In this document: piece after piece, positions 47,365 through 59,937 of the stretch
Numbering within the stretch: position 1 is the first letter of the stretch
How the letters are laid out: each line of letters starts with the position of its first letter
From: Marsupella aquatica
Taxonomy: Eukaryota; Plantae; Marchantiophyta
DNA length: 64,000 nucleotides
NCBI GenBank assembly: GCA_973895155.1
Contig: OZ316891.1
Coordinates: forward strand, 28,029,145 to 28,093,144
Reading direction: 5' to 3'
Notes under the pieces: model-generated
Databases searched by the model: none
Told to the model about the DNA's origin: nothing
What the model saw: only the letters and a program-made list of their open reading frames with translations
Translations under genes and position numbers: made by a program

Positions 47365-47745
47365 AGCAGACTTGCTCCGCCTTGGTTTAGAGGGTACTAC
47401 GCCTGCAGCTGTGAAGCCTTAACTCCGCCTCAATTTTGAGAAGATTCGTCCCGCCTCCAGCAGACTTGCGTCGCCTTGATTAAGTGGTCTCTCCGTCGCT
47501 AGCAGACTCGCTCCGCCCTGACGCGCTCCACCTCAATTTTGTGAAGACGGGCCCCGCCTTGTGTTCGTGCTCAGCCTTGAAGTGAGGACTCGATGTTCCC
47601 TTGAAGTGAGGACTCGATGTTGTCCGTCTCTAGCAGACTCGCTCCGCCCTGACGCGCTGCACCTCAATTTTGTGAAGACGGGCTCCGCCTAGAGTTCGTG
47701 CTCAGCCTTGAAGTTCCGACTCGATGTTGTGAAGACGAGGCTCTC
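47365..47745. repeat. GC-rich compound repeat (about 130-bp duplication plus CTCCGCC sub-repeats)
   Basis: CTAGCAGACTCGCTCCGCCCTGACGCGCT...GACTCGATGTT occurs at about 47499 and 47629, with partial copies upstream. Confidence 0.85.
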
Positions 47746-49096
47746 CTTGATAGTGTGCGCTCGGTCCTGTACCAAGCCCCCCTACTATGCGTTTTGGTGG
47801 AATGCTGCGACAGTGAAGGATCCGTCTTTCTCCAGTCTTCCTCAGATCAACGCACTACCAGTATTCCTACGATGACGTACAGGACACATGGGTGTACAGT
47901 ACACATATTTATACAATTCGAACCAAGTCACGTCTTTGGACTGGGATACTAAACTTATGGTTCTGAAACGAAAGGCGGTACAAAATACTTTTTAGTTCAA
48001 CGTAAGGTATTACGCTCCTGCACAATTCACCAAGAGGGAGCACAACGGCAAGCCAGCGCCGCACAGGGATGGGCCAAAAACGAGATTCTCTTCATTTTCA
48101 TTTTTAGAAATATTTATTCATTTTTTAAATAGAAGAAACCCAGCCATAGATCTGGTTTAGATCTATATTTTTAGCCCTTTTATGGCCTTCTGAATTGGAC
48201 CAATGAGATCCCTAGATGCAAACAAAAATGGATGGCCAAGATATCATGAATTTGAATTTGAATGGATGGCCAGGATCTAAAAATTATGAAATCCACCAAT
48301 CAGATCGAGGGGACTGGCTTTTTTTTCTTTCTTTCTAACTGTTATTCCAAAGTTTTGCCTGAATTTTTTCCTAGCCCTAGCCATAGCCCTAGATCTTGAA
48401 GAAGCGTTTCTTTTGAGCCCTACATTGCATGGAACAGTGGAGAAGAAGCTCTTATGATTGATGAATCGCTAAGAAACTCAAAGAAACACTGGAGAGATTT
48501 ATGGCAACAGATAGCCAGGTGACTACTAATTTGGTCACTGATGTTCTGGCCAATGAGTTCCAAGTTTCATAATACTCCAAAGTCTTAACTTTTCAAAATT
48601 TGATGTGAAGAGTTACACTTGCTACCCCATGACTTGACTTCTATTATATAGATCTAGACTAGATGACTAGATGACTCTCCAGCATGTGGAAGGATGTTAG
48701 ATTTGTGAAGACCCAAGGTTGTTGCAGCGATTGCAGTTCTTTTTGCAAGCGTGATGCAGAGATAAACATATCCAGGCTCTGCTTCTATGGGCTGCAATTT
48801 AACATGCACATTGTAGAGAAGCTGCCCCTGTTCTTCTTGGTTGTGCCCGGCCCTTAAATTGGGAAAGGATTTTCTGTTCTCCCTCTATGTTTGCAAAGTC
48901 ATATTTATGGTTTGGTCCATTTGGATTCTGTTTCCCCAATCCTAATTAGGGGTTCCATGCTCCAAGAAATTTGCATTCATGGAAGAGGGTTCACACTTGA
49001 TCACATCTCATTACCCTGTCTTAGGCGCTTCAGCCCACGCCAAATATGCGGAGATCAGTTCCAGGTACTCAGCAACAATCCCTTCATTGCATCTAG

Positions 49097-49266
49097 ATCG
49101 ACAAGCTTTTCTGCTCTAGTGGATAATCCTTGAAAGGTGATGAATCTCTGCGTCTAGTGGTTAAGAGTCCTCTCCAGCAAAATCGACAAGCTTTCCTGCT
49201 CTAGTGGATAATCCTTGAAAGGTGATGAATCTCTGCGTCTAGTGGTTAAGAGTCCTCTCCAGCAAA
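49097..49266. repeat. 85-bp tandem duplication
   Basis: Units at 49097 and 49182 differ by 1 mismatch. Confidence 0.95.
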
Positions 49267-49723
49267 GACGTCATCGTTCCGCCTAATGAACTACACGCCA
49301 CGATCAGGGATTAGATTTTGTCGATCACCAACTCAATTGGTCTACAATCCCAAATGCCGGCAAGTTCAAATACGTATAAGGAGACGCACATATAGGCTAG
49401 GTGCTACAATGCTCTAAACATGCACCGGGCCAAATTAACAACAGAACTTAGCCGCTACTGCAAGTGGAACACTGGTTTCAGATCCGCAGGATTATGTTTA
49501 GCTTGAGGGGTAATAGAAGTTAGTCACCGACCGATCAGCCAGAGTTCTCTCTAGTCTCTTAAGACTCAAAGAGTTTACACTCAATTTGATTACAGTGGAA
49601 GGTTACATCGACACCATGTGGCATTAATACGATGGACTTATCAACAGTGGAGGAATTTTGTGCACGACCTTCCTATTTCGAAAAGCGGCCCAATAACTGA
49701 TTTGGGTATTATCTTGACTGCAG

Positions 49724-52700
49724 ATTTTTATCTGAAAGAACTTCAATGTTGATGAAAGAAGGCCAGAGTGGCTGCAAGTAGATCGTATTATCGCCTGTCG
49801 AAAACAAGGTAGCAAAGTGCCTGTTAAGCCGTCAGAGGTGTCATCCCTCCTCCGGTCAAGACTAAAAAATAAGAGTGGCGTTGAATTTTTGGTGAAATGG
49901 CAGACTTTGGAGCACAAGGGTGCCACGTGGGAACAGGAACGTGAAACAGACGAGTTTCAGCAAGCAATTGCTTGTTACACGAGAAGGCATGAAAGAGTGG
50001 AAGAAAGTGGGTCAATGGAAGAGAGAGCGAAGCCAGTACCAGCTATCAAGAAGCAGCCAGACTATCTATCTGGTGGGATCATGTACACCTTTCAACTTCA
50101 TGGACTGAGGTGGCTCCTGAGCAATTTTGGGCAAGGAAGAAGTGTTATTCTCGCAGGTATTCGTAAGACTCTTGGGTCCCTACCTTTTAAGATTATATCG
50201 TGCAGGACCTGTGTGAGGCATATGTTATGCCTTTTAGCTGTGTTCAGCAAGCCGTGGTGGCTTTGATGTAAGGGTGTAATCTCCTCCTGCGGTGGTGGCA
50301 GCCTCTTACCGCATGGAATATTGGGAGGCTTCGATTTTATTTCTTTGTAGGATGCTCAAAAGCTGCAGCAGCCTCTCATGGCTATCTCTTCTACTCATTA
50401 TAATGGGTTCTTACTAGGCTTTCCTTTTAGGTTAGGGGGGGAAGGTTTCTCCATTACAGTCCTATAAGTGCACTTCTTCCTCCCGCGTTTCTGTTTTCTA
50501 GGTCGTCACGGTCCTAGTGAACAGGTGATGCCATCAGTATTTTGATTTTTAAGTTTAGGTATTAAAGTCATGGACGCGCTGAAGGGAGACCAAACAATTG
50601 AAATAAAATAACCGGTTTAAGCTTTTTTTGCGTGCTACCTTCTAGTGTCATGCGTGGTGTTTTGGCGAATTTTACGCAAATTAGATGGGTCTTGGAAAGA
50701 CGATACAAGCGCTGGCATTCATTTCCAGCGTCAGATATGAAAAACTGAGTTCTCGGCCTGTATCGGTGATCGCCCCCAAAAGTACTCTTCCAGGATGGGA
50801 ACAGGTCAGTTACATTTCTCGCTGATGACAATCATCCTGCAAATGGCTAATCGGCAGAAAAGTTTCCTATTTCTCACAGGCTTCAGCCAACTCGTTGCTG
50901 CGCTATTGTCATGTATCTACATTTACTGAATGGAATTTAGCCCTGCTAAGAGTAGTCCTTTCATTGGCCTCATGGTGACTATATGGAAAGATTTTCCCTT
51001 GGGAATGAACTCCAGCCCAACGAAAATCACTACGAACATGTGGACGCCAGGAGCATCTCTTAAAGTCCATTAGGAGAGGATGATGGCAAGGCTGATAACA
51101 ACTGGAGTTTTTCTTCTCTACTACCCTGGAATGAATGAACTTTTGTTATTGTTGTTCCCCTTCTTTCCAATAGAACCCGAAATGAACAAAAATAGAGATG
51201 GGTACGCGATACCATCTTTTCTCTCTCACCTTTTACATATTCTGTTGGAAGTGACTATTGTATATTATATTCCTGATCTTTTAGGCTGAGGTGTCCATGA
51301 GACAAGAAAGTGGCGCAGTGACATTATTGAGGAAAACAAACAATAGTGTGTAGCCTGGACAGACGAGAGAAACTTGTATTGATCGAGCGTGTGAAATAGA
51401 CAGTCGCACATAGGTAACACTGGTTCAGTGTTATACTTTTTGTTAGCTGCTCACTTCGAGAATGACCAGGTATGTCTGTATAACGACATTCTGTAATTCT
51501 TGCCGGCTTGCAGGAATTCCGATGCTGGGCTCCTGGTTTGAATGTGATAGTCTATCAAGGTGATAAGGAGAACAGGGCTGTCATTCGAGAGCATGAGTTT
51601 CACTGTGCAGGCAAAAGTCCTTTGTTTGAGGTGCTCGTGACTTCTTATGAACTTGCGGCATTTGACAACACTTTGCTCAGTAGATTTCATTGGGCATCCC
51701 TGATAGGTAAGCTCCTTGTCAACTTCTCCTTGTGTGCTTGCCATTATTACCATTTTCTTTGAAACCTTTGTAGAAAGGTTTAAGTTTTACCCTTACATGA
51801 TTGTACAAGTATTCTGGCTTATGCACCGAAGGAAACAAAAACACTAAATGCTTTGTGCTGCAAGAAGAATAGAATTAGAAGTCATATATAGTTCCGATGA
51901 AGGTCCTAATGTAATCTTTTTGGTCAAAGTTCTGTTTTACAGTCGATGAAGGTCTCCGGGTGAAGAATGTACGCTCAAAGTTCGGCGCTCTTCTGAAACG
52001 TCACAAAGCTGATTTCCGTCTCCTTCTAACAGTGAGTATGACTGTGTTTGCGTTTCTAATAATGGAGTTTCTTGTGAAATAGACGAAGAGGTAGGGTTGT
52101 GAAAGTTTTCATGCTGGAGAACTATCTATGTGTTTCTCCTAAATGCGCCTTACTTGTTTGGCAGGGGACACCTGTGCAGAACACCCTGACCGAGCACTTT
52201 GCACTCCTGCACTTCCTTGATCCGAAGGAGTTCCCTGATCCAGAGTACTCTGCCCAGCAGTTCACTGAAATGGATGTTCGTTCTAAAAACGGCCAAACTG
52301 ATTCAAAAGGCGTTAAATCAGGTAAAATACCGACCATCTTGGTCGTCACCTTTCTGGCTTTCATATCATGTACGGCGGCTACATCTAAGGTTTATAAGGA
52401 AGAAGCAATAAAATGTTGAGCCAGCTGCAATTTTATCCTGTCCTTGTAGGTTTGAAGCGGGGTTTGCAAATGATCCTGACGGATTTGAAGATGGTCTGCA
52501 ATCATCCTGTGAGTGCAATCGTACTCTCTATTAACTGTACGATGTGTTGCTGTGCTTTGACACTGTCGTAGTTATCAAGGTTGAAATGAAAAGCCATAAT
52601 AGTGTTGACATTCCATTGCAAAGGACAAGACACTGGTTAGATACGGTCCCCTATTGTCCGGCCTTGGCTTTGAGCTCAGACTAGTGTTATAGATCTTCCG

Positions 52701-55237
52701 CAGTCTTATCACCAGTCATCATTACCTCGTTCTGAAATGAGGAGCGTCCTGATTTCGTTAAGTTTGTATGACCATATGTGGTCATTGGATGGCCAGTTAC
52801 CTTAACTCTTCGTGTATTCCACTCCTACACTTTCTGCTACTTTCTGTTTTGCCTAATATCTAATTTGTAGGTAGGCTCCAGCGAATCTCACCAACGCGGA
52901 CGGTGTTTGAATTTCCGAAAAGTCCTTGCATTGCAAAGCTTTAATCACCATAATGTCCTGTGCCTCATGTTTATCTGTCTTGTACCAAATGACACGGAGT
53001 TCCGTCATGACCGCCATGACTGTATCGTTTTTGGTATTGTCAAAGCGAAGTGCTGCGTAGATGTAGGATGAATCAATCTGCTGACCCTCAGTTGTTTTTC
53101 TTGGGTTTAGTATCTCTTTCCTGGGAAAGAACCGCAACATCTTGAACCTAGTAAGGCATTTAAAATGCTGGTGGCGGCTTCTGGCAAACTCCAACTTCTG
53201 GAGAAGGTCCGCCGTTTTTCAAAACTGTTTTGATTCACCTACGACGAAATGTATATGAAATGGCATTCCGGAGCTAGTTTTTCTTGGAATTTTTCCTATC
53301 TATATGAAGTTGCAAAATTCTGGCCTCTCGTCGATGCCAAAGAAAAGCGTTCTTGCCGTGTCCACTTTTGTAGTACTGAATTATCGTTTGAAATTGGGTC
53401 TGATTGTTGATTAGAGAGATTACTTGTCAATCGTCAATGTTGCTGTCTAACCAAGAAGAAAATTTGGGAACTGGGACAGTTGCTTCCACTCCTCAAGGAG
53501 CAGGGTCACAGGGTGCTTTAGTTTTCGCAAATGACAAAAATGCTTGACATTCTCGAGGACTTCTTGGCCGTCCTTGGTCTCAGCTACTCCCGGTGAGTTT
53601 TTACATTATTGATTACATAGCATCGCTTAGAGCAGACGAAATGTGCGTGTCGCGTGTGTTCGGCAAATAGCGATGAAAGAGATGGATTTCGCGTTGAAAT
53701 TTTTCACTTCTCTTAACATTGCTCAAACGTGTCGTGTGTTGCTTCACAGTATCGATGGCTGGCTTCAGTTCCCCAACTGTCAATGAAGAAGAGGGCAAGG
53801 AATCAAAGGCGGTGATGGAAACGAATGGCATGAGCTGCTGCATCACCTTGTTGAGCAGGATGAACAAGAAGAACTTGGGAGAGGGAAACGTGTACGCAAA
53901 CAGGTGGTATATGCAGTGGAGGGGCATCCAGAGGGTCAGGAGGAGGACGAGTATAATCCTAGTAGTAATGACGGCGAAACTTCTGACTCGGAGTTGAGCC
54001 TGGATGCAGAAGGAGAGAAGTGGAAGGCCGTATCCACACGCAGGAAATCGGATCTTGGGGGAGGAGACGTGCCGACTATGCAATATCCAGTCATGCCTGC
54101 AAACTTAAGTCAAATGTCAAGTATGGTTCACGAAGCTGGCTCGGCTGGCCTCTTTGTCCCAGGAGGAGCTAACGTACCCGTACGTCCTTTGCCTCTGAAT
54201 CCACCACAGCATGTCTCTATTCTGTCAGCGAGAGGAAACCCTGTTCAGTTGATGAGGTCTTCTGCAAATATTCTGCTTCCTCTTCCATCACAAGGAACTG
54301 CATCATTTGGTGCTGTGGCCAGTATGTCTCCTGCTTTAGCACCCAAATCACGAGAACTAGGCACTATTGGAGGTCATGGGTCTGCATCAATAGCATCATT
54401 GCCTTATACATCAAGAGGGCTACTTCTTCACATATGCGGCCCATGCCCACGAATCGGACAATGTTGGGAGACCAAGCTGGTTATATCCCTGCTGAACCGG
54501 TGGCGCTTCCTTCTACAACATTATTGTCGGGTCCAGTGCGCATAACACCCATTTCGTAAGTTCTCGTGTGCCGTTTCCAGGCGTATATCCTTACACAAAC
54601 AACATAAACCCTTATGCGGTTCCATCGTATCCTGGAATTCCTGTCCCTACTTACACCACTTCTAATGTTCACCCTCTTCCAAGCCACCCGTTGCCTTCTA
54701 AATTCTTGCTTGCTATTGTCAGAGTGGACCCTCAAAATCTGACCACAGCGAATCCTGCTTGGGCCACTTTTTCCCACTTGCAGCAGACTTCACAAGGCTG
54801 GAGAATTCCGGATGTGGAACAAATGAGTGCTCCAGCGGTCGCTGGAATTCCTTGGTCCGCGGGAGGAGGCTATATGCTCGGGGGCCATCATGGTTCAACA
54901 GGTGGCCACCAATTGTCTACAACGTCCTCTTCAAACTTCCAAAGCACGCCTTCTTCGATGCAGAGTGGGAGCGGTGCAGCCCATCAGCCCCATGCAAACT
55001 CAATGACGAAAGAAAAGAGTGAGTGATTCTTCACATCTGTCATCTGCAGCAGCAGCTCCATGGCTTGCCGGGTATTGCACTGTTTCCAATGCTCCTTCTC
55101 GCCCAGTTGGACCAAGGGTGATTAGTCCTTCCCTGGCAACACCACCTATTCCTGTCCCTGTAGTTCCTGTGATGCCGGGAGTACCTTATGTCAAGAAAAC
55201 AATCAATATCAGAAACTTCAATCATGATTATTCTTAG
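49724..55237 (+). pseudogene. CHD3/PICKLE-like chromodomain SNF2 helicase pseudogene (intron-containing, internally deleted)
   Basis: RPEWLQVDRII..FLVKW..ATWE (chromodomain); MGLGKTIQ (about 50685); VLVTSYE; VDEGLRVKN; GTPVQN; VCNHP; ASGKLQLL; HRVL*FSQMTKMLDILED (TAG 53519); IDG then jumps to LGRGKRVRKQV. Confidence 0.88.
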
Positions 55238-58200
55238 AATTTTTCTTTCAGGCAAGGTGACATTCCCCACCCTAGCGGAAAAGAAAAAACCTCAAAGATT
55301 ATGCTGCTATGAAGGAAAATGAAAATTTATTACACAAAATGGGCCAAGCACAGTAAAATGAAGCGAGAGAAAAAGGTAGTCCCAAGAGGACAAACACAAC
55401 AGAAGCAAGTGCAACCCTGATCAACCTTTTAAAAATAATTAAAAATCACGGTGTTGCCCCTAGTATTGCAAATTAAAAATGCCCTAGGAGTCTAGTACAA
55501 AAACAAAAAAAACCACAAGGAGGCGTTTCGTAAAATCATGCAGAGATGCTCCACCCTATGGGATTATTTTTGGGGCACACAAAGTGCCATGAGAGCACAA
55601 GTGGACCCCAGATGACCCTTTGACGTGTAAAGTTAAATGAGGTCATTCTCGGAAAATGTATGGATCAAATTTTATCTTTAGGTGCCTTTTCTCCTTTTTT
55701 CTCTCATGCACTTTCTGGGTTCTTTCGCCTTATGACTTTGACTGACTCCCCTGAACATTTTGAGCATCTTCTCCAATTTTGAGCTCCTAGATCCTCTGGG
55801 TGTCCATTTTGAAGGGGCAAGCTTGCAGATAACCTAAACCCCTGACACCACACTTGACAAGATCCCTCAGGTGGCTCAGACTGAAGTGTGGCAACTTGCA
55901 TCAAATTTATAGAAATTTTACTTTTACTGGGATAACACCTTCAGAAACTACCATTTTGGATTACATTGATTATGGGGAGAGAGATACAAGATGGACCCCT
56001 AAACTGAGAAGTGTTACTTAATGGAGACCCTATGAGACCCCATGAGATTTTAGGACCGTTGATGTGACGTATATCAAGGGTATGGATTACTCTGGGGTCC
56101 ATCAAGTAAAGATTTTCATTCTGGGGGTCCATCAAGCAATGCACAGTGGGCTTCATTTTGGGGGATGGCAGGCTGAAAATGCCGTGGACTGCCCTGTTTG
56201 TCCGGGCAGGTAGGTGTAATCTTGATGGCCATGGCTACTACAAAATCCTGCTAAATATAACAGCTGAGACACCTTAGGGTTGTAGCTCAGAGAATTTTGA
56301 AGGCTTTCCTTCTTTGCAAGTGTGCCAAGGTTTCTTGGAATTTGCTTTACGAGCGAAGATCTAATTTCAGAGATTTAATTACAGCCCGCAAAAGATAGTT
56401 TCGCGTGTCGTTGCTCAGAATCTAACAGAGTTTATCTTCCTCTTGGAAGTAATCGAAAATGCCAAATTTACAGCCCGTAAGAAGTCTGATTTCGAGCACA
56501 AGACAAATAGGCGAGCTTGATCAGACAACCATAAGATCGTAGGTGCCAACACCCCAAAATCCATAATGTGCTCTAACTTAGATGAAGAAGAGCTCGAGTG
56601 ATGTCACTCCTCTGAAGGAAATGCGAGGAATATCCACGACTTTAGGTGAAATTTGGATAAAAGCATCTCTTCGCCAAGGCTTTGCAAAGGCACTAGGCTC
56701 CTCTGAATCCTAAATCCTAATCATGACGCGGAGAGAACTTCACATTCATTCAAGTCTTGTCTTTCTAATTGACAGTTAACTTGCAAAGGGAGCGATAGAT
56801 GTATAAAAGCTTTGACCTGAAATGGCACAAACCTGCAAGAATTTGTCAGGTTCATGGACTCTGAATTCTGAGAGAGTCTGGGTTGGAACTCCTATACCAC
56901 AATAGAGAAAGAATGAACATATTGGAAAGTTCATTGCCCAAGACAGTCCAAGACGTGCAAGACACAGAATGAATAATGTATCGAAGAATAAATCTCAGTA
57001 TCCAGAAGATCTACTTCGGTCAAAACCCCAATCGATTTTCTTTAGAAAGAGAACTACATTTCTGAGTTGACCTTCCTGGCCATCTCTCATGAGTTTCAGA
57101 GGATCGAAACAAAACAACCCTGACGTAAAGGCCAGTTAGCCCAAAAGTGGCCCTGGAGCAGGGAATCGTAAGGAAGAGAAAAGATAAAAGAAGAATCCGA
57201 ATGCAAGCTTGAATTTGATATAAAGTCCACAGAAACCTGCAAGGTGCAAAGAAACAGCAAGTCAATTAACATGTGTTGTAAGAAATCTATAAACAAAAAA
57301 CATTTTGAGTCACTTTTGTGAGAAGGCCATGTACTGCAATAAATCCTGTTCACTGTAACTTTTTACGGTTTGTATAGTAGATGTCTAGGTTTGAGATAAG
57401 GGATTTGGCAATATCTGACCTCCACAACAATTTGGGATCTTCAACGGGATGGCTTGGGGCAATGTTGAGATGAGAAATTCAGAAATTCTGAAAGTGACTT
57501 ATTTCCTCATCTCTATAAAAACTTCTGCTAAATGGGCACCTGCTCAAACTATTCTCAGACCCGAGATGGAAGACAAGAATGTAACGCAAGCAATTGCCAA
57601 TGGATAGAGTGGGTGCAGAAATTTATGGGAACTCTCTTCGACTTGGGGAACTAAAGCACATGTTGTCTGATTCAAATCTTGATTGTGAATTTGGACAGTC
57701 CACCTTTTTCATTGCGTTTAGATTTGATTTGTGCTAACTCTTGTAGGATCAAATCTAAGAGAGATGGAATTTCTCTCCAGGCCATTCATGCTGACGGTAA
57801 GTTATAGAACTTTTTCTAAGATGGGCTTCAATTATCCGGGTTTTGGCAGCCGGGATAAGGGTAGTGCAGATATACCTGTGAGAAGACGAAATGAGGTCCA
57901 TCACTGGATAATTTGATGACGTCGGAAGAACCATCCCCAATTCAACAGGCAACTATAAGGCATATACGATCTTGTGTTTGATTTCTGAACTGTGAATTCC
58001 TCCAGTTGTTTTGAGGGGAGTTTATTCTTTATAGAACTCGTAAGCCAATCTTCTGATTGAAAATTGTCTTCTTTAAGGACCCAACACTGAGCCAACATTG
58101 ACCTGTTCGGTAGCCCGGCATTCAGTATTTCACACAGGCGAACATATTCTTCAACGAATCTCTCTGTGTCATTGGAAAATTGGTCACATTGGAAATTCAT

Positions 58201-59387
58201 CTCTATCTCTGCAGACAATTGCTTCTACTTGATTTAACGACCCAAGCTCGTTATTGGATAGATTGGCATTGAATGTTTGTGCCGATCGAGATAATGCACT
58301 TCACAACACAGGCAACTTGTTGGGAATCCTAGAATTCACATGTAGTAGAATGCTCATTACTCGATGTTGATTCCATTTGAGGTAGGAAACCCTAATCACG
58401 ATTGTCTCATTGACAAAGCCAGTTGTTTGCTAAAGACTACAATGCTGCCACATGGAAATGTTTTGAGGTGGTTCATATCAGTACGGTGATGAGAAAGAGT
58501 ATTATTACAGTACTAGTATTTTGCTGCAATGAGCATAGCATTTGGGGTAGATAGCAGCCATGGATTTTACTCTACCATCCTGAAATGAGTCAACGAAGCC
58601 CAGGTGTTGGCCCAAGATTAGGAAGTCTTCCATAGGCAAACGGCAGGGTCAAAACAATCATGCAGACAAGAAAAACCAGCCCGGGAAAACAATATTCAGA
58701 GTCCTGGTTACGATACCCTTTTCCCTCGGGGGGTTGACTATCAACAATCTTAGGAACCACATGCGATCCAAAATAGGCATTTTTCATATAAATTAGCTAA
58801 ATTTTTAAAAAGCGTAGGAAGCAAAAGAAGTTATTATAAACCTATATTTGTAAAATATTCTCTAATATATACATTTTATAAAGTAAAAAATGTCATTTAT
58901 ATTGAAAATAGATAATATTTTTAGAATATTCCCATAATAAAATAGGTGTGTTTATACTAGGCTAGGATCGCACGTGGTACCTCAAAATATACACTAAGTT
59001 AACCCCCCGAGCCTTTTCCAATGAAACAAATACACAATTTATGACTCGAAGTCTGTGAAGAGAGAAATTTTGACGGTCTTCGACGCAGCTGAGAATGGTG
59101 ATAATGGAGCTATCACCAAATTTTCCAAGATGAAAATTTTTGGTGTTGATGCTAAGGTTTTGATTTCTTGCCTCCTTGCTATCACTATGAATGTGATTGT
59201 TTCAATAACAATTATTTCTTATAATGAAACACTACCAATTTGGATTCCGAAATCGGAGCTCTTGGTTCATCTTCCCTCAACCCTACTAGAGATCTGTGGA
59301 CTTCAAAATCAATTCGTTTATTCTAACAGTTCTTGAAGTTGTGCCACTCGTCTCCAACATATGGTGGGGAGGCGATCCTGATCTCTT

Positions 59388-59730
59388 TGTTGAGCATAGA
59401 CGACATTCACAACGGCAAGCCCATGAACCATCCAACCACAAGAGTCGACACAGAGAGATACGTGGTTCACCTCCACATGAGGCTACGTCCACGGGAACAC
59501 ACAAGAGCTTTACTGCACTCTAGGCCAACCGGCCATACCAAGCATCCACAGCACAAGCTCTCCCTATCTCTCAACTAGCTCCGTAATAATGAGCTTGAGT
59601 TCCACTAGAGTCTGGCATCAGCCCTGGCTATATGCACAACAACACTACCGCTAACATTAGCTAAGTCCTAACCCGAATTAGACTAACTGTGGTTAGCTCA
59701 CGAGTCACAAGACTAGAGCAATATCTAACA
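59388..59730 (-). repeat. 3' LTR (343 bp) of Tnt1-like Copia
   Basis: TGTTAG...TCAACA on the minus strand, next to the PPT. Confidence 0.92.
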
Positions 59731-59937
59731 AACTCCCCCTTGACTCTTGTCTTGGGGACTGAACTAAATGCTACCATATGGAATCCTCAGCGGGAAATTC
59801 TAGACAATCACCAAACCAGGTCTCCCCATAAAAACCACAAGGGTTAACTAAGGGTTAACTAGAACTAAGCCGTAGCCTAACAGGAATGAGTAATCCATAT
59901 ACAAATAGTCACACATTGCTAAATAACTCTACTTGTA

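Noticed and set aside
56230-58400. Degenerate coding-like region including ORF 57901-58218 (possible viral or TE relic)
   Set aside because: No recognisable motif in the frames I read; a frameshift-aware search is needed.
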